Assembly (NCBI RefSeq): GCF_009914755.1
Contig: NC_060932.1
Direction: 5' to 3' (one strand)
Source of the DNA: the human T2T-CHM13v2.0 reference genome, Homo sapiens
DNA length: 64,000 bases
The translations under genes were made by a program, and so were the position numbers. The notes beneath the pieces were generated by a model that did not search any database, was not told the DNA's origin, and was given only the letters and a program-made list of their open reading frames with translations. Below are positions 16,426-31,820 of this stretch, piece after piece (the stretch's first letter is position 1; every line of letters starts with the position of its first letter).

Positions 16426-16739
16426 GGATTTGATTGCATAAACTTTTTGATCTGCAGTGCCTGAATGAAACCTATTGCCTAAATGGGCTAAGCACATGCT
16501 GAATGAATGAATGAATGAATGAATGAATGAGGGGTCTGATAGATGCACAGAAAGGAGAGGTATAACTCTTCAATGGTCTGAAACCTTTACTTTTATTGAT
16601 GTGGCCTAAGATGATATTAACTGTCTCAACTCCCACATTGTGGCTTGACATTCTATTATTAGCTTAAAATTTAGATTAAAATTAGCTTCAAAACTAGCTA
16701 AAACTCCTCTTGATCTTTTCCCCTCATGAACCTCTGACA

Positions 16740-17700
<961 letters not shown>

Positions 17701-18377
17701 CCACATTTTCCTTCCCTATTTCTGGAAATGATTTCGTGATTGCAAATCTAAGCTCTTTCTGGACCTTGGAGGTGTAATTCATTTAGCAATCTCAACTCAT
17801 TTAAAGCAATGGCATGTTTGTGGATTGCAGAAGGGTTTTTTGTAAGAGGGGACAGAGCAGGTAACAGTCCGCAGAGGCCTAGAAGGTTTGAGCAGATCTG
17901 AGACAATAGAAGCAGATCAGCAGGAGAACACGAGGGTTGTGGGGCAGGCAGGTTTCAGAGCCTCAAAGGTCTTGAGTAACACACTGGGGAGAGGGGTCTC
18001 TGTCTGAGATACTGGGGAATCACTGCAGTTCTTCAAGTAGGAAAGCAATATGATCCTATTTAGATTTTAGAAAAATCATCCCATGAAGGAAAGATTCACA
18101 TTTTTGTAGACGGTGAGATTATAGGAGGGGAAACTCTTAGTAGATGTTTGCAATAACAATCTAGAGACATCTATAACAATCAAGGGCCTCAATTAACTCA
18201 CCCATCTTGTCTTTTAATTTATGTTTATGATTCTTTTTTTCTACCCCATTCAAATGTTGAGCTTTTAATTACGCTGTTCCTTTCCTGAAATGCAATTGCT
18301 TGTATCCTCTGACTTTTCCAGGCCTGCTCATAATTTCAACTCTTATCTACATTGTGAAGTCATCACAGAGTGATGCC

Positions 18378-19020
18378 ACCCCATCCATATATCTGTCCAC
18401 CTACCAAACCTCCACCTCCATCCATTTATCCATCCATCCATCTACCCAGTCTCTATCCATCCATCCATCCACCCACCCACCTACCCAACCTCTATCCATC
18501 CATCCATCCATCCATCCACCCACCCAACCTCTGTCCACCTATCCATTCATCCACCTACTAAACCTCTATCCATTCATTCATCCATCCGTCTATCCACTCA
18601 CCTAACCAATGTCTATCCATTCATCCATCCACCTACCTACCTAATCTTTATCCATCCATCCATCCATCCATTCATCCATTCATGCATCCATCCACCTATC
18701 CAACCTCTATCCATCCATTCATTCAGCTATCCACCCACCTACCCAACTTCCACCCATCCATTCATCACTCCATCCATCCATCTATCCATGCATCTGTCCA
18801 TCCACCTATCCAACTTCCATCCATCCACCCACCCATCTACCCAACCTCTAGCCATCCATCCATCCATCCATCCCTCCATCTATCTATTCATCCATCCATC
18901 CACCAACCACCCACCTATTCAACCTCCATCTATCCCTCTATCCATTCACCCACTCACCTCTATTCACCCATTCACCCATCTCTTCCTCCATTCTTTATTC
19001 ATTCATTCATTTCTTCATGC
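18378..19020. repeat. Degenerate (CCAT/CATT)n array of about 640 bp
   Basis: Direct observation. Source of the HPSIHP-type spurious ORFs. Confidence 0.95.
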
Positions 19021-19320
19021 CTTCATTAATTCAACATTTACCGAGGGCACTTAATGTTCTGGGCTAAGTGCTAAGAATATAAGAAGACACATTTCTGCTC
19101 TCCAGGAACTCATGGTCTAAGAGGGAAAAGAGACTCATAAATAATAATGAGGGCACTAATTGAGGTTTAACTGAGTGTGGCAGCAGCACAGCGGGACTGA
19201 CTAACTCAGTCTGGGGGTGGTAGAGCAAGCCTTTCGGCAGAGGTGACATCTGAGCTGGGCCTTGAAGTAGGAGGAGTTGCCTCACGGAGATGAGGAGGGT
19301 GCTCCCAATTCCCACAGCAA
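19000..19320 (-). mobile_element. L2 3' end
   Basis: attcattc...ttcaacatttaccgagggcacttaatgttctgggctaagtgcta. Confidence 0.65.
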
Positions 19321-19754
19321 TTTGAGTCTAAAAAGCCCACTTGGAGTTGACTAAACCATTGAGTATTGCTCTCTCATTATCTCCTATATGTTGGCCTTGT
19401 CTTTCCAACTGGGCAGCAGAAAAACCACATTTTAAATCCCTAACATGTACTCACCAGATTTGATTTGATTTGATTTTTTTATTTATTGTATTTTATTAGT
19501 AGCCACAGTGCTGAGAGCGGTGTGGGTCAGACAATCAATCCTAATGGCTACCTGTCAAGTCTGATGCCCACTGGTGGCTTCTCTCCTTCAAGGTCTTTAA
19601 AGCGATAACCACACAGGCAGCTCATTCTCCTGGCCAGGCCCTGCCCTACTTCTTGGGAGTGACATACATTTTGTACCATCGAAGGCTCGACTTTCTAAGC
19701 TTCCTATGGAGGATTGAGGGTGGTAAAGGATGGAAGGAGGAAAGAGCCAGCATA

Positions 19755-19920
19755 TACATAGCAACTACTAAGCACCAGGTGCTACGTGCTGGGTGTTTCA
19801 CAAATGTTATCTCGTTAAATCCTCAACATTCCTGCGAGGTCGACTTTAGTTTCCTCTTATACAGACGAGGAAACAGATTCAGGGAGGTAAACAATTTGCT
19901 CATAGTAAGTAGAGAATCAA
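19755..19920 (-). mobile_element. MIR
   Basis: acagacgaggaaacagattcagggaggtaaacaatttgc core. Confidence 0.6.
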
Positions 19921-20149
19921 TCTCCTGCGTCCACACTGCACTTGGAGCCCCGGTCCAGGGCTGTGCATGGCTGAGGCAGGTGTGGCTAGAGGTAGAGGTG
20001 CCACCAATCTCAAACCAAACTGCTTACACCAGCATCACCACCTCTGAGCCCCCACACATGGCCACAATATAAGCTGTCACCTGGGCTGGGCCTAGGTGGT
20101 GGGTGTGGAACCCGTTTAGACTCTGGAGTAGCAATATGGCCTCATGAGT

Positions 20150-20335
20150 AGGCACGTAGGTTTTGGGCTCCAATCTCAGGCCGCCACTTGCTAGCTGTGA
20201 CATCTTGGGCAAGTTGCTTACCCACTCTGGGCCTCAATTTCTCATCTCCATTACCTCTGTCTTTTATGAGGACTGCATGAGGTGCTTATGTAAAACACAG
20301 CACTTGGCATCACTTGCCAAGTGCATCAATGATGT
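20150..20335 (+). mobile_element. MIR
   Basis: gccacttgctagctgtgacatcttgggcaagttgctta...gcctcaatttctcatct. Confidence 0.7.
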
Positions 20336-20599
20336 TTTTCTTATTTTCCTTCTTCCTCTCCCTCTCTCCTTTTCTTCCTCCTTTTTATTCTCTCTTCTTT
20401 AGTTATTGTTGTTGTTAATATGTTCTATGGATATGAGCTACAGGAAGAGTATCTGTGGCCAGGAGAGACAATATGCCAGGTGGAGACACTGTGGGAGATG
20501 CCAAGGGGCACACCTTACAGGTCACCTGCACCAGCCTTCTACCCAGTGGGAAAATTTCCTGGGTCACCCATGGATAATTACTGTCATTAATAAAAGCCA

Positions 20600-20965
20600 G
20601 CTCCTTGGTGGGATATATGCTCAGTTCTTGTGCAGTTCAAATTCTTAGAAAGTTCTTCCTCATAAGGGACCAAAATGTGCTTCCCTGGAAAACTTCCCCC
20701 ACTGGTCCTGATTCCGCCTGGTGGAGTCCAGCAAGATCTCTTCTGTTTTCCAACGAGATTTCCTTAACTCTTTAAAGGCCATTCCTTCTCGTGTGTCCGT
20801 AGTTGTTCCAATAGGCTAGCCTTTCCTACTTCCTTCCGCTGCTGCTGACCTGATGTGGTTTCTACAGAACCTGACCATTCAGGTTGCTTTCCTATGCTGG
20901 TCATTATCCCTCTTAAATTACTGCGGCCAGAACAGAAGACATTATTCCAGTGTGGCATAAACAAT
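20600..20965 (-). mobile_element. L3/CR1 3' remnant
   Basis: ttagaaagttcttcctcat; ggccagaacagaagacattattccagtgtgg (antisense CR1-like). Confidence 0.5.
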
Positions 20966-21288
20966 GCAAACAGATAGAACTTTCTAAGACCGAGGAAGGA
21001 TCACCATGCTTCAAAGATGCTGCCCACCCTTCTCCCTCTCCCCTCCCCCACCGCCAACCCCCTCGCTTCCTAAGAGCATCTGCTCAGGGGTGGGTGTCTG
21101 AGGCTCAAAGGACAGTGAAAAGCCCGGGTTCCTCATGTCAGGGCAAGGATGGATTTGGGCTGTTGGTCTTATACATTTTCTGGCTTTGCCCATGAAGGAG
21201 TGCCAGGAGCCACCAGCTGCCCCCTCAGAGCTGAGTTCAGAGTTGGGTGAGCGAGACTGTGCTGTTCCCTTTGGGGTGTCTCATGGAG

Positions 21289-21290
<2 letters not shown>

Positions 21291-21352
<62 letters not shown>

Positions 21353-21368
21353 AAGAGAAAGAAAGAGT
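21291..21368. repeat. (TG)n(GA)n compound microsatellite
   Basis: About 23 TG units followed directly by a GA/GAAA run. Confidence 0.95.
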
Positions 21369-21496
21369 GAGTTTTCTGCCTGATCCAGGAATTCTCCTGG
21401 ATGGCAGAATTGGTTTCCATAACGACTTTCTGATATAAACATATTTGATAAAAATAAGTTAACAGTGGAGCTGTGGTGGAGCACAGAATCTCAGAG

Positions 21497-21500
<4 letters not shown>

Positions 21501-21536
<36 letters not shown>
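21501..21536. repeat. (GA)18 microsatellite
   Basis: Direct observation. Confidence 0.95.
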
Positions 21537-21540
<4 letters not shown>

Positions 21541-22688
21541 TCCTAGAAGAACAGCATTTTCTTTCTCTTTCACCCCACCTAGTCAGCCTCTCTATACACG
21601 CTTGCCATAAACCAACGAAAAAGCTTTGTTTACAATATTCCTGTATATACTGGCTCCCTTCCTGCATGTATACCTTATTCATATCCGCACTCTCTCTTTC
21701 TTTCTCTCTCTCTCTCTTTCTCCTTAGTTACCTGAAGCACTACAGTATGTATGGGATAATATGATAAACTCATTTCCAATTCACTGCATTATCCCTTGAA
21801 TATTTTAATGACTCATTGAATGAAGTGAAAAAAAGCTATTTCAAATGAACAATTATGCTGCATTAGTCTAAGGGCTGATTATATTTAAACACTGCTCACA
21901 TGGATAACAGGACACAGCGACCTCAGCATACGAGAGCTAATTTGGCTCTTATCTCCAAATAATTTCACATCGCAAATTACCATGAAAACCTAAAGGGCTT
22001 TAAAAACATTCATCAAAAGATAATATTCCGCTTTGTAGCAACATTTTATTTAAATTATTTTGAATGGGAGCAAAAGCATCTCTAGGGCGGGACAATGACA
22101 GCAGAGTGGGACTGTGAGTGATAAGGAGATGGCAGGGGCACTGGCTTCTGTTAAAAATAGAGGTGGGAAATGTTGGAGAGGAAGGGGCTGCAGCCCCAAA
22201 TGTGGGCAGTGCACCATAGGCCTGGCTGTCACTTGCAGCCCAGCATCACACCTGGGCTGTGGCCTGGGACGGCTCCAGGGAGTCTGCTCTGGTTCAGGAG
22301 GTCACAGGGGATCCCTAGAGGTGGAATGATGGGACTGACCAAAGGCTTCCAGGCTCCAACACGCTTTGGTTTCCTCAAAAGCCAGCTGGGGTCACGTTAG
22401 GTCCTCCAGGCTGGGCCTGGACTCATCTAGTTTCAAAGGGCAAAAGGATGAGCTGTGTTGGGCACTGTCTAGAATTTTCACTTTGCAAGACTTGAGTCCA
22501 ATTGTCTAAGGGAGTTTGCTAAATCATAAGTAGCTGCTATGGTCAGATGTCAAAGTTGGGGGCTGTAGGGGAGATAATTACATTTACCAAAGTCCTACTA
22601 TTCTGTGTCAGAAGACTTAATCTCATTGAACGCTGGGAAATAGATATTATCATGCCCATTTTAATGATGAAGAAACTGAGCCTCAGAG

Positions 22689-22936
22689 GCTTCTCCTCTT
22701 TGCATATGTAATTTCCTTTTTCCTTGTCTCCACTCTGAAGAGTGAGGATTTCTGTCAGTTTCACAGAGGCAAAGTTGCAGTCTCAGAGAGGTCAAACAAC
22801 TCGCTCAGCAGTGGAACCGATCACTCAAGCACAGGTGTCCTGGCATGTGCTACCCACATAACTAGAAAGCAGGGAGCCATAATTCTTGCCCTGTTTATTG
22901 GATTTCCCATTATCTTATTCACCTAATGTACTTAGA
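22689..22936 (+). repeat. Direct repeat copy 1 of a 248-bp local duplication
   Basis: Aligns without gaps to 23487-23734. Seven mismatches counted by eye. Confidence 0.95.
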
Positions 22937-23486
22937 GGTCCTTCCCACCTGGAAGCGGCAGAGCCTGGAACCTCCTCTAGTTCATCTGACCCAAAGTCCG
23001 AGCTCTTTCCCTTTCCCTTCAGGGTGGCCACATACAAGTCTGGTTAATAATCACCTGGTTTATGGCCACCTCTGTGCTGTCTCCATCAGCAAGCACTCTT
23101 TATGGCCCATAGAGCTGAACCTACATGTTAGGAAGCCTAAGTCACGCCTTTTAGCTGCTTATTAGTTAAAATGGATCCTCACAGTACAGGTCAAAGCATG
23201 CATGGGAAACTGCACAAATATCAGTGGCAAAACTGCAAATACAGCTCTAAAGACAGAAGTCATTATTAATCCCATCTCCTTGGTTTGACCTCTTCATCTG
23301 AACTTGCAGGCCTGATAAAGATTGTTTATTCTGTTTATTATCATTAGTGTGGTTCTGGATATATAGAAAATGAGATTATATCATTATTTTTATATCGATA
23401 TATTTAAATTTCTACAGGCTCTGCTGCTCCATTGATTAGGCACAAGGATACACGTGCCGCTTCCTATAGTGCCTCTCTCTAGGGAC

Positions 23487-23734
23487 GCTTCTCCTCTTTG
23501 CATATGTAATTTCCTTTTTCCTTGTCTCCACCCTGAAGAGTGAGGATTTCTGTCAGTTTCACAGAGGCGAAGTTGCAGTCTTAGAGAGGTCAAACAACTC
23601 GCTCAGCAGTGGAACCGATCACTCAAGCACAAGTGTCCTGGCATGTGCTACCCACATAACTAGAAAGCAGGGAGCTATAATTCTTGCCCTGTTTATTGGA
23701 TTTCCCATTATCTTATTCACCTAAAGCACTTAGA
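23487..23734 (+). repeat. Direct repeat copy 2 of a 248-bp local duplication
   Basis: Constant offset of 798 bp from copy 1. Confidence 0.95.
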
Positions 23735-24654
23735 AGCCCTTAGGAAAAAACCTCTAATTATGGAAAAATTTAACCCTACAGAAAAGTAGACAAAATAATG
23801 ACCCTTTAGAGACTCTTTTAATTCAACCCAGAATTGGTTGCATTTACAGTTGCCAAAGGTTGAGGGCACTGAATGAAAGGGAACCATGAACTTGCCAATT
23901 TCCTTTTCTTTCTTAAAACAAAAAAGATATTCAGGGCAAATTTTAGAATCATTGACGGTTTCTAGGAAGATTTTCTTTTTTGGAAGAAAAAAGATACTCT
24001 TGTCTCCTTAATTGTTCTTAGTGTTCTTTGTCACCAATCATGATATTCTTTGTGGAAAGTATTAATATACCATCTTCCCGTGTTCAATATCCCCATTAAC
24101 AATAAAAAGTCTAATGAAAATATCTGCATGAAAAGCTCTGAACACTAACTTCAGAGACAAATAAAAGATGCACCAATAAGTGTTTCTTTGAAAATGAATG
24201 ATGCAAATTAATTGATATCCTAATGAGCTTTCAGCATGAAGATTATTAGTTAGATGGAGTCAGAACTGAAGATCATCTTTAAGGAAATGCTAAGGACACT
24301 GCAGTCGGGGAGAAAGATGTTATCTGTCAATGCTCAGTTAGAAATCGCTCTTGCTCAATGAGAACTTTTCAAAGAGGGAGCCAAGTGGGACAGCATACCT
24401 TATGTATCTGTCTCTGCCTGTCCTAGCCTGGCCAGGTTCGGAGACTGGAGCCTAGTCCTGTTCCTGAGTTGATGGAAACCCACAGGTATAGGAAGTTCCA
24501 CCCCAAGCCAGCCTCTGGGGGTCTCGTAATACCACCACTGTGCTGCAGATTCCTTCCTTGGTCTCTAGAATAGAAGCCCTGTGAGGGCAGAGCCTTCCTC
24601 AATTTTGTTTGCATTTGTGTCACCAATGCTAACCTAGCTGCCTGATTTACAGCA

Positions 24655-24922
24655 ATAATAATATAAGAGCAAGTAATGATGTAGAGTTTACTATGTGTTC
24701 TGGGTATTGTTCTGAGCACTATCCTTAAAATAATTCGCTTAAGCTTCATAACAACAGTGTGAAGTAGGCACACTACTATCTCCAGCTTACGAGTGAGTAT
24801 ATTGAGACACAGAGAGGTTGAGCAACTAGCCCAAGATCACACAGCTAATAATGGTAGATTAGGAATTCAAACCACAGCAGTCTGGCTCTGGAGTCCTTGC
24901 TCTTAACCACTGTGCTATACTG
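24655..24922 (-). mobile_element. Near full-length MIR
   Basis: ...cccaagatcacacagcta...gcagtctggctctggagtccttgctcttaaccactgtgctatactg. Confidence 0.85.
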
Positions 24923-25619
24923 AATAGTGTTCTATATATATTTCTTGAATTAAACGAACAAAGGGGTACCATGAATTAATGCCCGGTCCCTACTGCCAGG
25001 CATCTAACTTTTGGCTTTTATTTAAGTTATCCAAAGTTCCAGAGCTTTATCCTACTCCGTACTAAACCCTGCCAGCCCCTCTTTGGAGTGGAGGTGGGGG
25101 GTGCCACAGATATTTCTTGTATTCCTAAAAACTCGTTGCTGTCCTGTTTCAACCCAGATAGCCTGTCAAAAAATTGTCCCTACTGAAGGGTTCCTATGGC
25201 CATGGCCTGATCAACCATCCAGTTAGACCTGGCCCCCTAATATCAGGGTCAGCTGAAGTTCCACCAAGTTTGCTTCTGTGGTCATTGTGAACCACAGGGC
25301 CATGGTCCCTCTCTGTCTGCAGAGACTTTATGGCAGGCTTTCCTACTAAGGCTGCTTGGGTAATGATGGTATTTAGGGTGTAGTATTATGGGGTCCAAAA
25401 CACTTACCTAGTGTGTTTTATTTAACAAGATAGTATTCACTGGGGACAGTTCCCTGGAAGCATCTACCCATAAAGGATAGTTAGAAAAAGAACTCTGGGA
25501 GTGAACCGGGGGGTGGTGGAGGGAACCACAGAGATGATGTCTTCCTTGTTATAGAGAGGGGATAGTGGCTCCTTGTCCTAGTGGAGTTGATGGGAGAGAT
25601 GTGATGTGAACTCAGGCCA

Positions 25620-25840
25620 CATGGTACGGCAGGAAAGGCATGTGACTTGGGGTTAAGGGACGCGGATTGAAGACTCACCTCTCTTACCCATTAGCTAAGA
25701 GATGGCATCATTCAACTTCTCTGGGCTCTGCTTTCCCCATCTATAAAATGAGGATTATGTCTATTTCACAAAGTGGTGTTGAGTTTCAAGAGTTTTAAAA
25801 GTGCTTTTCGCTTGAAAATTGCTCCACAAATGAGTGATGT
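25620..25840 (+). mobile_element. MIR fragment
   Basis: ttctctgggctctgctttccccatctataaaatgaggatta. Confidence 0.6.
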
Positions 25841-27882
25841 TAAGAACGACCGAGGCATCCCAGCTCTATGGTCTTCCTTCAATCTGCTCAACCCCTCTGG
25901 ATGCTTGTTAAGCCAGAATGCCGTGTTCTCCCCAGACCGACCGAGGTGGAAGTTCTGCGGGTGGGGTAGTGCCTAGGCAGCTGCATTTTAACAAGCTCGT
26001 CTGCCAATTCGAATGCACTCAACTGTTTGAGACCCACTTAGCAGTGGTGAACACCAACACAAAGGAAGTACTCTGGGTTTGATCAGAGCCTTCACTTCCT
26101 CTGGTCGAGGTCTAGAATCTGAGACCTAAATGAATTTGGTTGACACCGTCTCTGTGGCTGGTGGAATTTTGGGGAAGGTGGGCAGGGCCAAGTGGATATC
26201 GCTGCCGCTTCCTGCTGAACACTCACGAGGGAAGCAGTGCAAATGTGACGGAAACCCGCGCCTCCTCCGGCCTGAGCGGGAAGGCCGAGGGCCGCACCCG
26301 GGCAGGTGGCACTGGTAAGCTCTGTGGCTTAGCAGCCTTGCCGGACAGCTGCCACCTGTCACCTGCCACCTGTTCTACTTCTAAGCTGGGCTGCTGAGGC
26401 TAAATTCATGTTCGTTGTACAGAGCTCCTGTGAGAGGTCCCTTCTGAGTATGGGGGTAAGGGGAGTGCAGGAGTCGGGGGTCTTCAGGCTTGGAAGAGAG
26501 GCAGCCTCATGGTCCCAAGTCCTCTCAATTCTGAAGTCATCCCACCCTAACTGCTTTTGCACTCCGGCCTCAGGACCGCCGAGCAGAGCTCCTAACAGGA
26601 AGCCCTGTGTGCCTGGGGTGGCTGTGAATGTGACCTTCAGGGCAATACTTCTCTCTTGAGTGTTTCACCCCTGAGACCGCTGGGGAGGCCTAAGTTCAGA
26701 AAATGACAACGCTCTAGCCTTGGGGGGTGAGGGGGAGATGCCAGTTCTTTCTCTTTCATGCCCACTGCTCCTCTCCCCTTCCTGATGGCTCAAACCTCCC
26801 AGCTCTGTCCCTTTGTGTGTTTACGGTGTTTGGCCAGGGAAGTGTGTGGAGTAACAGAGGTGGCTCCAGCACTGCCCACGAAGCTGCTGCTTGGGTCTCC
26901 CTTGAGGAAGCCCCTTCCAGGGCCATAGGCAGGGCTGCCTCTAAGGATGCCTGTCCACCTGAGCTCCGTGGGAGGGGCCCCGGTCACTGGGCCACCAGCT
27001 GGTTGCCAGGGTAACTACCCTCTCACCCCCCTACTCCCACCCAGTGGCTGCGAAAACCCTGCCTTGCTCAGGATAGTCACAAGCTAGTTCAGATTTAAAC
27101 CCCTTCCTCCACCCACAGTTCTAGAAGGAAAAACATAAACTCTTCATAGTTGCAGAATTATTTGTTTTCCAAAGTGCTCTCATAAGTCATTGGCTCATCA
27201 TGACAATCACAGCAAGTCAGCAGCACATTTCCCATATTACAGAGCAAGATGAAATGCCCAGAGGAGCCGACAGAGGTCACTGGGTTGGTAGCCAGCCAAG
27301 GTCCAAACCACATCCAAACTTTGTTTTTCTAGTTCCGAGTTCCCACTATCTTACAGAGTTGATGCCTTTGTATACTGTTTGCAAAACCCATCTGCAGGTG
27401 TTCTAGGCACAGATTCGTGACTGTTTGAGGCTAGTGTGGACTTCCCCAAAGAGCACTGCCAGGCACTCATGAACAAAAGGATTCAATAATCAAATGCAAC
27501 TGGAAAATCAGTGTATATGATATAGAGCATACTAGACTAGTAAAAGCTCCAAAAGCCCTTGAGTGAGAAACAGAATGAATTCAGTTCAACTCAGAGTATC
27601 CAAAACTTGTTTGGCAACACAGCCTTTCCCTCCCACATAATGGCACAAACAAGCCACCAGATTTGAGGACCCTCCCTGAAGAGGGTGAGCCAGGCTCCTT
27701 CACAATTATCGTGATGACAAAGACACAAAGATGAGAGGCGGCCACTTGTTTCTGTACACAAAGAAAAGGAAGTTGCTGTGCCTCTCTCATGCCCCATGCC
27801 CCATCATGGGGAGGAGCTCCAGGACTTCTCCTGGCCGGTTCTGCCACCTGCACGTCTCAGAATCCCCTCAGTGCCCCCAAAT

Positions 27883-28074
27883 CCAGTGGTGTGCTGAAGC
27901 CAATTGTTAACGTTTCAGAAACAGTGTGAGTCAGTTGTTAAATCATCAGGAGCTTGAAATTAAATCACCACTCCCGTGGTGGGAGTATTTATTTATACCA
28001 TAAAAATCAGCAAACACTAGAAATCAGGACTCTCCCCACCCTTCTAGAAAGCTGGGTTACCAGCATACCACTGG
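27883..28074. mobile_element. MER63-like hAT MITE
   Basis: Terminal inverted repeats ccagtggtgtgctg / cagcataccactgg. Internal gtggtgggagtattt. Confidence 0.8.
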
Positions 28075-28233
28075 CCCTGGGACACTTTTTGAAATTGTTG
28101 GAAAACTTGGGAGGGCTTTGATAGCTGAGCACTGGGGGAGATGGGACACAGAAGTCCTCGCTCCAACCTTCCTGGATGAGAGGTGGGAACTGCACTGAAT
28201 GATAATCTTCCAGATACAACCCCAAATGCGTCA

Positions 28234-28515
<282 letters not shown>

Positions 28516-28796
28516 TCACGTTTATTCTCAGAGAAATGGCATCTGTGAAGCAGACAGCAGGACTCTTGGCTTCCTCTTTGTGAGGAAGAATAAATCCAAC
28601 AAGATATACATACCAAGCACCTGGGAAGTTCTGAGCGCTGTGCTGAGTGCCGTGGAGGAATCAAGGAAACCTAAAACAGGTCTCTGGTCCTCTCAAGAAG
28701 AATCCAGTGTAGTTGGAGTGACTTGTTTATCAATTCAACAAATATATGAGGACTTATTTTGTGTCAAGAACGGTACCTATCACAAAGAACACCAGG

Positions 28797-31070
<2,274 letters not shown>

Positions 31071-31532
31071 ATGGAAAACCGTCCTGGCCCTCCCCTTGAC
31101 CGGGAGAGGCAGGCACACCCTGTTGTTCTAAATGCTTTCTGATGTTCTAAATGCTTAAGCAGAGGAGCATTTATCAACCATGGAGGGGAAAGGGAAAAGA
31201 GAGATTAAATCTCTCTACCCCAGGAGTCCAGGAAGGCTGCAGAGTTGTCTTTTGAGCTTGATCTCAAAGGCAGGTAAAGTATCAGTAAAGTATCAGGAAA
31301 AGCACTCTCTAGGTACTTGGTAAGGGCATGTGCAAAGGCAGGGGTGGATTTTTGGGGAATGGCTAGGCCGTAAGGCATCTGAAAAGAAATAGTGGGTGAC
31401 AAAGCTGAAATGGGTATTGGGACCAGAGAACAGAAAGCTCTGTACGTCATAAGTTGTTTAGAATTTATTATGCAACAGGACCCACTGAAATTGTTTGAAC
31501 AGGCAACTCATATAATCAAATGTGTGCTTTGG

Positions 31533-31820
31533 GGCTGGGCATGGTGGCTCACATCCGTAATCCCAACACTTTGGGAGGCTGAGGTGGACTGATTGCTTGA
31601 GCCCAGGAGTTCAGACCCACCTGGGCAACATGGCAAAATCTTGTCTCTACAAAAAATACAAAAGCTAACCAGGCATGGTAGCCCATGCCTATGGTTCCAG
31701 CTACTCGGGAGGCTGAAGTGGAAGGATCGCTTGAGCCCAGGAGGGTGCAGTGAGCCATGACTGCACCACTGTACTCCAGCTTGGATGACAGAGTGAGACC
31801 CTGTCTCAACAAACAAAAAA
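31533..31820 (+). mobile_element. AluJ
   Basis: gattgcttgagcccaggagttc, ggatcgcttgagcccagg. Confidence 0.9.

Noticed and set aside
18300-19054. His/Pro/Ser/Ile-rich ORFs
   Set aside because: Artefacts of the stop-poor (CCAT)n array.
22689-23734. Duplicated segments as LTRs of a mini-retroelement or a CRISPR-like repeat
   Set aside because: No TG...CA termini, PBS/PPT or TSD. Only two copies, and the context is eukaryotic.
31124-31290. Micro tandem duplications (tgttctaaatgctt x2; gtaaagtatca x2)
   Set aside because: Ordinary replication-slippage scars in decayed repeat DNA.
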